A stretch of DNA of 16,851 nt from Leptospirales bacterium (GTDB taxonomy: Bacteria > Spirochaetota > Leptospiria > Turneriellales > JAOUFE01): assembly GCA_040326155.1 (NCBI GenBank), contig JBEQLE010000053.1:13026-29876 (forward strand). Direction: 5' to 3'. The first letter of the stretch is position 1, and each line of letters opens with the position of its first letter. The position numbers were made by a program, and so were the translations under genes. Below the pieces are notes generated by a model. That model had not been told where the DNA came from. It saw only the letters and a program-made list of their open reading frames with translations, and did not search any database. This document shows positions 1 through 8,700 of this stretch, in pieces.

Positions 1-1
1 C

Positions 2-1483
2 ATCATGAACATCTGAAACACAACTTAAAAACTCTTCTTCAAAATCGAGCAAGCGTTTGAACTGGGCTAAAAACCAGGGGTCAATATACGTGGCATCAAA
101 AATCTCTTCCGTCGAAAAACCATACTCCATGGCAATTCTGACATAAAATATTCGAATGTCATTTGGCGTACTCAAAGCCTTTCGTATAAACTTTTTTTTC
201 TCTTCGAGGTTTTTAAACTTCAAAATTTCAAGTTCAAGAGTAAAGTCTCCGTCGACTCCCCACCCAAGACGACCCACTTCAAGGGAGCGAAGGGCTTTTT
301 GAAACGACTCGGGAAAAGTTCTTCCGAGCGCCATAGTCTCCCCGACCGAACGCATCTGGGTATCAAGTAGTCGCGGCGACTCGGGAAATTTCTCAAAAGT
401 AAAACGGGGTATTTTAGTTACAATATAATCAATAGAAGGTTCAAACGATGCGGGAGTCTTTTGTGTAATATCGTTATTAATTTCATCCAGCGTATAGCCC
501 ACCGAAAGTTTGGCGGCAATTTTAGCAATAGGAAAACCAGTTGCCTTCGAAGCCAGAGCCGACGAACGACTGACGCGAGGGTTCATTTCAATGACAATAA
601 TATCGCCATTTTCAGGATTAATAGCAAACTGTATATTCGAGCCACCCGTTTCAACGCCAATTTCACGTATAACGGCAATGCCAAGATCGCGCAGTTTCTG
701 GTACTCTTTATCTGAAAGGGTCTGTTGGGGCGCCACGGTAATCGAATCGCCGGTATGAATACCCATAGGGTCAAGATTTTCAATTGAGCAAATAACAACA
801 ACGTTGTCCGCGACGTCTCTCATGACTTCGAGTTCAAATTCTTTCCAACCTATAACAGATTGCTCAATAAGAATCTGGTTCACAGGGCTTTCATACAACC
901 CATGCGAGACCATTTTATCAAACTCTTCGATATTATAACATACCCCGCCGCCGGTTCCGCCAAGTGTAAACGAAGGACGTAAAATAACGGGAAAACCGAT
1001 GGAATCAATTAGCTTGTGACCCTCTTCAAGGTTAGTAACAACGCCAGAAAGCGGAACTTCCGCCCCAATGTTTTCCATGGCCTTTTTAAAAAGCTCTCGA
1101 TCTTCGGCCTTGTTAATGGCGTCTTCTCGTGCTCCAATAAGTTCAACAGAATATTTCGCAAGAACCCCGGCCTTGGCCAGTTCAAGCGCCGCGTTCAAAG
1201 CGGTCTGCCCACCTACAGTAGGTAACAGGGCGTCAGGTCTTTCGATTTCAATAATTTTAGTAAGATAAGGAAGCGTAATCGGCTCGATAAAAACCCGATC
1301 GGCAAGCCCGGGGTCAGTCATAATGGTCGCAGGGTTAGAATTTATTAAAATTACCTCATACCCCTCTTCTTTCAGTGCCTTAACGGCCTGGGTTCCCGAG
1401 TAATCAAACTCACATGCCTGGCCAATAACAATCGGCCCCGACCCGATTATCATAATTTTCTTTATGTCTGTCCGTTTCGGCAC
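2..1483 (-). CDS. carB: Carbamoyl-phosphate synthase large subunit, 5' part (continues beyond the left edge)
   Basis: Not in the ORF track (no stop inside the window). Manual translation from GTG at 1483 gives [33 protein letters not shown], the canonical CarB N-terminus. Downstream motifs include [11 protein letters not shown] and [10 protein letters not shown]. Confidence 0.98.
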   Translation of the reverse strand, partial: MPKRTDIKKIMIIGSGPIVIGQACEFDYSGTQAVKALKEEGYEVILINSNPATIMTDPGLADRVFIEPITLPYLTKIIEIERPDALLPTVGGQTALNAALELAKAGVLAKYSVELIGAREDAINKAEDRELFKKAMENIGAEVPLSGVVTNLEEGHKLIDSIGFPVILRPSFTLGGTGGGVCYNIEEFDKMVSHGLYESPVNQILIEQSVIGWKEFELEVMRDVADNVVVICSIENLDPMGIHTGDSITVAPQQTLSDKEYQKLRDLGIAVIREIGVETGGSNIQFAINPENGDIIVIEMNPRVSRSSALASKATGFPIAKIAAKLSVGYTLDEINNDITQKTPASFEPSIDYIVTKIPRFTFEKFPESPRLLDTQMRSVGETMALGRTFPESFQKALRSLEVGRLGWGVDGDFTLELEILKFKNLEEKKKFIRKALSTPNDIRIFYVRIAMEYGFSTEEIFDATYIDPWFLAQFKRLLDFEEEFLSCVSDVHD

Positions 1484-1587
1484 ATACCAAAGTACATGAA
1501 CGATATAGACGGTCAAACCATAGTACTTTTCAAAACGAGAAAACAAATTAGTTTAAAAAGGGGGCGATGGTTTTTTACCCATCTACA

Positions 1588-1612
1588 GATACGCGATAAA
1601 TCGCATACCTAC
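1588..1612 (-). repeat. REP-like hairpin with a 5' GTAG foot
   Basis: Minus strand reads GTAGGTATGCGATTTATCGCGTATC: a GTAG tetranucleotide followed by an imperfect palindrome that pairs fully if G-T/G-U is allowed. This is the layout of RAYT-associated REPs. Confidence 0.45.
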
Positions 1613-1750
1613 AATCTACAAACCCCCTTCCGCTCGACCGCCATAGCGTTCTCGCTTAACCCCCCGGAATTCATGGTGGGTATTTTCCGATCAAAAAAAT
1701 ATTCATAAAGAACGAAAATAAAAAGGGTATGAAACCAGGAAGAAGGACAA

Positions 1751-1838
1751 ATAATCGAAGGATTTTTTTACAAACAAAAGTATACCACGAAGGCGGCAGC
1801 TCCCCGGGTTTTCGTTCGAAAAACCCGGCGAAGTCGCC
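1751..1838. repeat. Left copy of a modular intergenic repeat
   Basis: Contains cgaaggatttttt, caaaagtataccacgaag and ggttttcgttcgaaaaacccggc (1807-1829, identical to 2752-2774). All three recur in 2665-3069. Confidence 0.85.
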
Positions 1839-1902
1839 CGTAGTGAGTTTGATATCTCAAGTTATATGATATAAAGAACCTTGTTTTCCTGTTAATATTT
1901 CG

Positions 1903-1931
1903 TTGACAAAGTATAACAAATATGGTATATT
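1903..1931 (+). promoter_or_regulatory. Sigma70-type promoter of the toxin-antitoxin operon with overlapping putative operator
   Basis: TTGACA (1903-1908), 17 nt, TATATT (1926-1931) with an extended -10 TG at 1923-1924. Imperfect inverted repeat TATAAC-N6-GGTATA at 1912-1929. Confidence 0.8.
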
Positions 1932-1936
1932 ATCTA

Positions 1937-2266
1937 ATGGAATATGAAGTCTTGCTAACGAGTGAGGCAGAAGAGTTTATAAACTCGATACTAGACCTTA
2001 AATTAAAAGCAAAAGTACTCCGCACGATTGATCTATTATTGGATTTCGGCCCTTATCTATCAATGCCTCATAGTAAAAGTGTAAAAAATGGCCAGGGAAT
2101 AAGTGAGTTAAGAACGCAACAAGGAAATAATATAGTTAGGTTGTTTTATTTTAATTCCGAAGAAAAGCTTTATGTGGTTACTTCGGGGTATGTTAAAAAA
2201 GAGCAGAAACTGAAACAGTCAGAAATATTTAAAGCTATAGAAATAATGAATCGCATCATGGAGTAG
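1937..2266 (+). CDS. Type II toxin, RelE/ParE superfamily (HigB/Gp49-like)
   Basis: About 109 aa with ID(L)LLDFGPYLSMPHSKSV...GISELR...IVRLFYF...VVTSGYVKKEQK, typical of Gp49/HigB toxins; lies 5 nt upstream of an XRE gene. ATG 1937 preferred over 1922 because 1922 lies inside the promoter. Confidence 0.9.
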   Translation: MEYEVLLTSEAEEFINSILDLKLKAKVLRTIDLLLDFGPYLSMPHSKSVKNGQGISELRTQQGNNIVRLFYFNSEEKLYVVTSGYVKKEQKLKQSEIFKAIEIMNRIME

Positions 2267-2271
2267 TCAAA

Positions 2272-2565
2272 ATGAAATTAAATAATTATAAAAAAATACG
2301 CAAAAAGAATTTAAAAGATGAAAAGTTGAAAAAGCAATACGAGGGATTGGAAAAGGATTTTTCTGTCGCTAGAGAAGTTCTCGAATTACGAAAAAAACGT
2401 GACCTAACACAAAAAGAATTGGCAGATATAATTGGAACATCACAACCAGCGATTGCAAGACTGGAATCAGGAACCTATGAAAACATATCGCTTTCATTTC
2501 TGCGAAAGGTTGCTAGTGCTCTTGGTGCAGAAACCGAAATTCATTTAATTGAGAAACGGGCATAG
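2272..2565 (+). CDS. XRE-family HTH antitoxin (HigA-like)
   Basis: LRKKRDLTQKELADIIGTSQPAIARLESG is an HTH_XRE signature; toxin-first gene order as in higBA. Confidence 0.92.
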   Translation: MKLNNYKKIRKKNLKDEKLKKQYEGLEKDFSVAREVLELRKKRDLTQKELADIIGTSQPAIARLESGTYENISLSFLRKVASALGAETEIHLIEKRA

Positions 2566-2664
2566 TAAAAAAATCTAATGACAAGTATCTGGCACGGTAA
2601 AGAGGACTGGCATTAACGGGCGGGTGTATTCATTTCCTTTCTAAAGCGGTAAATTTACCCAAGA

Positions 2665-2835
2665 AAATCCAAGGCTTTTCTTTCGCATAAAACACTTTAA
2701 ACAATAATCGAACGAAGCGACAATGATTCCACGGAGCGATCGGATTCGTCAGGTTTTCGTTCGAAAAACCCGGCAGACCATCGCCCCTATCGGGGCTCAA
2801 ACCAAAAACCACAGGATTTTTTGTAAAACAAAGGT
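2665..2835. repeat. Degenerate and shuffled copies of the modular repeat
   Basis: actttaaacaataatcgaacgaagcgaca (2694-2722) matches the 107-bp unit with one mismatch; 2752-2774 is identical to 1807-1829; aggatttttt-like motifs near 2669 and 2811. Confidence 0.8.
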
Positions 2836-2896
2836 AAAACCGGAGGATTTTTTTGCAAAAGTATACCACGAAGCTGGTTGTCAAAAACCACGTTTT

Positions 2897-2924
2897 TTGA
2901 CAACGAATTACTTTAAACTATAAT
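2897..2924 (+). promoter_or_regulatory. Consensus sigma70 promoter in repeat copy 1
   Basis: TTGACA (2897-2902), 16 nt, TATAAT (2919-2924). Confidence 0.6.
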
Positions 2925-3003
2925 CGAACGAAGCGACACAAAAAAACCGAAGGATTTTCTTGCAAAAGAATACCACGAAGCCGGTTGTCAAAAACCACGT
3001 TTT

Positions 3004-3031
3004 TTGACAACAAATTACTTTAAACTATAAT
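3004..3031 (+). promoter_or_regulatory. Consensus sigma70 promoter in repeat copy 2, upstream of the YhaM-like gene
   Basis: TTGACA (3004-3009), 16 nt, TATAAT (3026-3031), 70 nt before GTG 3102. Confidence 0.65.
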
Positions 3032-3101
3032 CGAACGAAGCGACACAAAAAAACCGAAGGATTTTTTTGTGAATTAAAAAGAAAAGAATGGACTATTTAT
3101 C

Positions 3102-4106
3102 GTGAACGTTCACCTCAGCTTTATGGCAAGTCTGGACTTAAAACGAACTCCTTTTATAGAGGATATTAGACCTGGAATTTTAGAAGAAGGGTATTTTTTG
3201 CTGAAAAAAATACATCTGAATATCGGTAAAAAAAACAAAGCGTTTTTGAGAATTATACTTTCTGATAAAACGGGACACTTACCGGGAGTTTTTTTTGGCT
3301 CTGAAAAAATTCTTACAGAAATACAAGGCTCTGTCAAAGAAGGAGATATCGTTAAAGTAACCGGCCTGCTCGAAGAATATCATGATGTAATGCAGATTAA
3401 ACTCATAAAAGTTACAAAAGAAGACAAAGCCAGGTGGGAACTCTCCCGGTTCTGGAAACGGACTCCCAAAGACCGCAGGCAGTTGTTAAGTGAGATAAAA
3501 GAGTTTATAAATTCCATTAAAAACAGTGGATTAAAAAAACTTTGCCGATTTTTTCTTTCAGACAAAGAGTTTATAACCTTGTTTTTAGACGCGCCAGCCT
3601 CCAGGTTTTTCCACCACGCCTATATCGGGGGACTATTAGAACACACACTTGAAGTTGTAAAAATTGCGGCCAGCTTCGCCAGGGTTTACCCCAATGCCGA
3701 CCGGGATTTATTAATCGCGGGAGCTTTTTTGCACGACATAGGAAAAGTCGACGAATACCAATACCTTCAATACAACATTGAACACTCCTCCGAACGAAGA
3801 CTGAAAGGACACACCCTGCTTGGTTATGAAAGAATTGCGCCCTACCTGAATAAAGCAGGCCTTGACGATAAAAGCAGAATCAAAATAGAACACATTTTAA
3901 TTTCACACCAGGGCAAAAAAAGCTGGGGAGCCATCAGCGAACCAAAATTCCTGGAAGCGTTTTTAATTCACGCAGCCGACTACACAGATTCCTCGCAGTT
4001 TATTTATTCAGAAGCAAAAAGCAGATCGATGCTCACTGCAAAATCACGCGACCCCGAAAGAGCCGATTATGTTACTGTTCTAGATAAAGAAATCTATTTA
4101 GGCTGA
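3102..4106 (+). CDS. yhaM: YhaM/Cbf1-family 3'-5' exoribonuclease (OB fold + HD domain)
   Basis: OB-fold pattern (FLRIILSDKTG...GDIVKVTG) followed by APASRFFHHAYIGGLLEHT, FLHDIGK, HILISHQG and IHAADYTDS. Alternative start ATG 3123. Confidence 0.85.
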   Translation: MNVHLSFMASLDLKRTPFIEDIRPGILEEGYFLLKKIHLNIGKKNKAFLRIILSDKTGHLPGVFFGSEKILTEIQGSVKEGDIVKVTGLLEEYHDVMQIKLIKVTKEDKARWELSRFWKRTPKDRRQLLSEIKEFINSIKNSGLKKLCRFFLSDKEFITLFLDAPASRFFHHAYIGGLLEHTLEVVKIAASFARVYPNADRDLLIAGAFLHDIGKVDEYQYLQYNIEHSSERRLKGHTLLGYERIAPYLNKAGLDDKSRIKIEHILISHQGKKSWGAISEPKFLEAFLIHAADYTDSSQFIYSEAKSRSMLTAKSRDPERADYVTVLDKEIYLG

Positions 4107-4123
4107 TTTTTATTCATAAACAG

Positions 4124-4684
4124 CTATTTCTTTTCTTTCAAAACTTTTCCAGTCGGAAATTCAAGAATTTTGCTTTTTGGCGCTTTCACTTTAAGTACTT
4201 TCTCAATTTGCTTTTTGGCCGATTCATTCCTGTACTTTGGTTTATTCTTCGCCACATTTCCCAGGAGTCCCAGGTCCCAGCAAATAAGTAAAACATCATT
4301 CAGGGTTATTTTTAACTCTATGGTAAAGTTACCACTAAATTCTGCGATCTCGGAGGCGCTCACTTGCGTACCTCGGGCTAACGATACAAAGAGCATGTTC
4401 TGTATACAAAGAAGAGAAATTTCAGCTGGCCTGACAATGCCTTTTGCATATGAGTAAATAATTACTTTCAGCATTGCCTGAATTGAATACTCTTTTTTCT
4501 TTTCCGGATTCAAACCGAAAAACATTTCATACAACGATAGGTCTACCTGGGTATCAATTAAGTGGTCAATTGCTTTAGCTAGAGGTTCAGCCTCTAACTC
4601 TCTCTTGTAATTTACCCTTCTCCATTCCCCAGGATAATTAATTAAGTTTTTTGTGTTATCCATCATACATTTTATTTTTGACAA
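4124..4684 (-). CDS. Stand-alone protein resembling the N-terminal (DUF772) domain of IS1182-family transposases, no DDE domain
   Basis: YSIQAMLKVIIYSYAKGI...LCIQNMLFVSLARG...IAEF...VLLICWDLGLL follows the IS1182 pattern Y.P..MLKV..Y.Y..GI...C..N..F..L..G...I..F...VL..C...GL. The ORF ends about 45 aa later. Likely start ATG 4666 or 4663. Confidence 0.65.
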   Translation of the reverse strand: MSKIKCMMDNTKNLINYPGEWRRVNYKRELEAEPLAKAIDHLIDTQVDLSLYEMFFGLNPEKKKEYSIQAMLKVIIYSYAKGIVRPAEISLLCIQNMLFVSLARGTQVSASEIAEFSGNFTIELKITLNDVLLICWDLGLLGNVAKNKPKYRNESAKKQIEKVLKVKAPKSKILEFPTGKVLKEKK

Positions 4685-5024
4685 GAGTCACGGCAAGCTC
4701 TTTTTGTTTGATTTTGGCAAATAGATACTCTTTTCGCTAATTGCTATACTATTTAATACTTAAATACTCAAAAGAAGCGCGGGTGCGGGACTAAAAAGGT
4801 CCCGGTAATCGACGTATTCCGAAAAAACCGATAAAAAAAAGCGCGAAAGTCACTTTGACACAATTCAGACGTCCATTACTCAGTTCTGGCAAGCACTTAA
4901 TATTACCTGAGAGTACTGCCAGTTTACTGAATAAATAATGATATATACGTTGATAAAGGAACTATATTGCGATTGGCAAAACCGGAAAACAAAGGCCCTG
5001 CCCTACTCGAACAGATGTCGACGA

Positions 5025-5603
5025 CTAATTTTTCGGTAAAGTCATATAATACAAGACCTCATCAGGTTTATAAATTTCCATAATAAAAGTATCTTCATAC
5101 CCTGTATTTTTTTTCACGAAGGTGGGAAAATTATTAGCAACCCCATACTCGTCGAAGGTAGGGTAGACTTTCATAATACCCATAAATATGGACAAAAAAT
5201 TACGGTAAGGAAAACTTGATGATATATAAACATCCGGTTCCAGTATTTTATAACTGACTTCCTTGTTGTCGACCAGAGTTTTCACTTTTTCCATTTCCTC
5301 GTCTTGCACGATGACCCCGATATAACTTCGTAAATTTGCGTCAGGGACAAATTTTGGGTCATCAAAAAACAATCCAAACGCATTGTAATTATGAATTCCA
5401 TTGTCATTCATTGTGTTTTGTACACTTTTAATGATCGTAGTAAAATCTTTATAAGATCCTGTATATTCTACATATACCAGATGAAATGGTCCCGCTTCTA
5501 TTTTTTCCAGTTTGGGCGAACTAAAAGCGCCCATGTACGCAAAAAATGCCAGGATTATTATAGCTGAGCTTCCTAAAAAAAGCCCGATTCGTTGTTTAGA
5601 CAT
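5025..5603 (-). CDS. Membrane-anchored GyrI-like small-molecule-binding domain protein
   Basis: N-terminal hydrophobic helix (IGLFLGSSAIIILAFFAYMG), then YVEYTGSY, GLFFDDPKFVPDANLRSYIG and MEIY, typical GyrI-like motifs. Confidence 0.72.
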   Translation of the reverse strand: MSKQRIGLFLGSSAIIILAFFAYMGAFSSPKLEKIEAGPFHLVYVEYTGSYKDFTTIIKSVQNTMNDNGIHNYNAFGLFFDDPKFVPDANLRSYIGVIVQDEEMEKVKTLVDNKEVSYKILEPDVYISSSFPYRNFLSIFMGIMKVYPTFDEYGVANNFPTFVKKNTGYEDTFIMEIYKPDEVLYYMTLPKN

Positions 5604-5777
5604 GGTTTGTAATATAGATGAGACTTATCCAAGCAACACTTTTTTCGTTTAGGCAAACCAGCCCATTATCGTCCATGGCGCAGGTGTTGCAACCCCGTTA
5701 GTTTATATCTGGATAGAGGTAATAAAAACGCGTAATATCAATAAAAGCACTACGCGACGCTGACGAGAAACGGTAAA

Positions 5778-8700
5778 TTATTGCCAACTATACCTTAGTC
5801 GACTACCCAATTCGGGGTCAAGCGTGGCTTCTATATAAGAGTCAATTTCAGATTGTAACTCTTCAACATGGGAAATTACCCCAACAATTCTATTCTCAGC
5901 GCGTAGCGATTGTAGAGTTTTGTACAAAACAGCCAAAGACTCTTTATCGAGAGTTCCAAAACCCTCATCGAGAAAAAAGAAATTTTGGCTCATCTCATTT
6001 TGAGTCTGAACACTCTCAGAAAGAGCCAACGCCAAAGATAAAGAAACTTGAAAAGCCTGCCCTCCTGAAAGTGTATTTGCCTTACGAGTTTTACCCTCAT
6101 GAAGATGATCACGAATTATGAATTCATTTTTCGATGAAATTTCCAGACTGAGTTGATTGTTTGTTAAAATCCTGAATCTTTTATTGGCCCCAAGGCATAG
6201 ATTTTCCAGGTACACGGACGAAACAAAATTGACAAAACCGCTGGCCTGAAACATCTTTTTTAAAATCTTCAAATTGTCTTCGCGAATGGTAAGTTGATCG
6301 ATTTTTATTTTAAGATTTTTTTGCTCCTTTTTATCTTGCAAAAATCGTTCTATTGTTTTTTTTAAACCACCCAATTTTTCTTGCAACTTCAGGTACTCTT
6401 CTTTTTTTTCGCTGACGATATGGCATAATTTTTTATACTCATTTTCGTCATAAGATAGCGAAGCGGAACTTTTCAGGCTGGCTTCGAGCTCTGCCACTTT
6501 TGCCGTTTTAATATATAATTCATTTCGATAATTTTCCAACTGTTTTTTTTCTTTTGCAATATGAATGTTGTTATTTTCCGGCCACTGCAATATATTGGCA
6601 ACCTCTTCCGGAGTTTTATACACTGTTTTTTCCAGTCTAGCATTTATCTTATTGTCTAACGTGGAAAACTCACCAGAGACCTTTGTTCGCCGCTCTTTCA
6701 GACCCGTTAAATTACCGCCAAGAGAGTCGCTGTTTTGTTTTAATTTTGCAATTTCACTCTGGGTTTGAATAAACTTTTTATCATTTTCATCGATGGATTT
6801 CACCAGAACGTCAATTTTTTGTTGTATGCTGTTTTCCTGGGAATTCTCGCCCCCTTCTGCATTATAGATTTTCGTAAGCTTTAATATATCCGTCGAATTA
6901 AAACGGGTAATTTCTTTTATCAATGTCTCTGAGGAGGAACGATTTTTTAACTGTTCGCCTGTAAGCGTCTCGGTTTGCGAACGTGCAGTTTCAAAAGCCT
7001 TCTGTCCGGCATCCATTTGCTCGCCAAGTTTTTCTATTTTTTCTTCCAGGCTTTCTAATTCCAGCACGGTTTTGTCCGAAGCCCCAATCAATACCTCAAT
7101 CTCTTTTTTTGTGATATTCTCAAACTTTTTCCAGGTAAACTTTTTATCATGGACTTCGAACGCTTGTGCCAGCTTGCTGATTTCTGTATTAAAAGTATTT
7201 AATACCCTCTCTTTTTCGTCGTTCAGGGCCTGTTTTTCTCTAACCTCTTCTCGTATTCCTTGAAAAGTTTTGAGCCTCTCCGTCTCTTTTTGCATCTGCT
7301 TTTCAAGCTCTTCAATCTCGATTTCTATCGTGTCAAAAAGATCTCCTTGCACATGTGGATCTGGATGTGTAAGCGAACCACACACGGGGCAAGCTTTTCC
7401 ATCTTTCAGGTTAGTAGATATTTTTCCGGACTCTCGAAAAATAACTTTTTCTTCTCTATGTTTTGCCATCTCACCGATTTTCTTTTCACACATTTTAGAA
7501 AATTTTCCAATCTCTTCATACAACGGTTTTATCCCGGGAATTGAAAACTCGTTTATAAATAATTTCTTATGTTTACCGATTATATCTTTGCTAAGGCTAA
7601 TGCGAATCTCTTCGATCTCTTTTTGAATCGACGTAATCTGGTCTGTTTTTCCTTTTTCCTGGTGTGTAAATTCTTCCCTCTGGCGAAACCACTCAGCGAT
7701 ACGCAATAAAACCTCGCGATCTTTTGTTTTCTCTTTTTTACCCTTCCTTTGAAGTTTTAACTGTTGTTCCAACTCCTTGAACTTGTCGAGTTCGCTCTGT
7801 CTTTCTGAGCGTTCTTTATTCTTCGCCTTTAATTGAGTCTCAATTTTTTCTGTGATGTTTTCAAGATCTGCAATACGGATAATTTTTTTCAAATCTGAGA
7901 CTTCTTGTTCAAATTCGCTTTTTCGTGAAACCTCCTTTTTCAACTCACTATATACACTCTCTTTTTCCGATAGCTCTTTGTCTAGAATTTCCTTAGATTT
8001 ACTTTTCTCTTCAATCTCATTACCAATGCTTTCAATTTCATTTTTAAGTTTCTCATAAAATTCAAACAAGGAAGCAAACTGTTTCTCGCAATTTTCATAC
8101 TCTTCGATTTTATTTTGCATCAAATCGCGATCTACTTTTTGTATTGCAAGCTCGGCAAGTTCACTCTTCTCTTTTTCAAATTCAAGAAAAACCTCTTGAA
8201 TTTTTGCCATCTTCTTTTCTTCTTTTTCTAAAGAGGCCAGCTCTTGTTTAAAATTTCCGGTATCGGTTTCAATTTTCTTTTTTTCGATGTTCAGCTTATT
8301 CAGAGTCTCTTCGTCCAGCTCGCCAAGCTGGTCTAACCCACCCTGTATAATTCTCATTTGTTCTTCATTTTTACGATATAAATGAGAAACATTGTCAGAA
8401 AGATCAAACCTCTCCAGTAAAAAAATTTCTTTCAACATTTTGGTGCGATCGCTCGCGCCTAGCTTTAAAAATTCTTCAAATCTGCCCTGGGGAATAATAA
8501 TAGTCCTCTTGAAATTATTATAATTCAAACCAATAATATTTGCAATTTCAGAAATATCCAGCGGAGTCCAATCGTCGTTTTGTTTGTGGTAGGCATTTCT
8601 CTTATATGTACCGACATCGGTAAATCGTTTTGAATTTCTCTTGCCTTCGACCGTCACGCGATACTCATCTTTGTCTTTGCCCGCAAAAAATCGAAAATCA

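Larger units (their letters stand above)
2836..3069. repeat. 107-bp tandem direct repeat, about 2.2 copies
   Basis: 2836-2942 and 2943-3049 differ at 5 of 107 positions; a third partial copy spans 3050-3069. Each full copy has the 11-bp stem gttgtcaaaaa-ccacgt-tttttgacaac. Confidence 0.97.

Noticed and set aside
461..1268. Short ORFs 461-715, 510-758, 583-801, 1016-1225 and 1068-1268
   Set aside because: Antisense or off-frame shadows of carB.
1496..1708. 70-aa plus-strand ORF
   Set aside because: Runs through hairpin and REP-like sequence in the carB upstream region, with no recognisable protein features.
2630..2923. ORFs 2630-2884 (-) and 2723-2923 (+)
   Set aside because: Translations of the repeat region with no protein-like motifs.
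2836..3069. CRISPR array interpretation
   Set aside because: Whole 107-bp units are near-identical, so there are no unique spacers, and no cas genes are present. The HD protein is YhaM-like, not Cas3.
5651..5700. GGCAAACC...GGCGCA resembling the start of a c-di-GMP-I riboswitch (also GGCAAAACC at 4975)
   Set aside because: No GNRA-capped P2 stem or P3 receptor, and the motif is on the opposite strand to the neighbouring genes.
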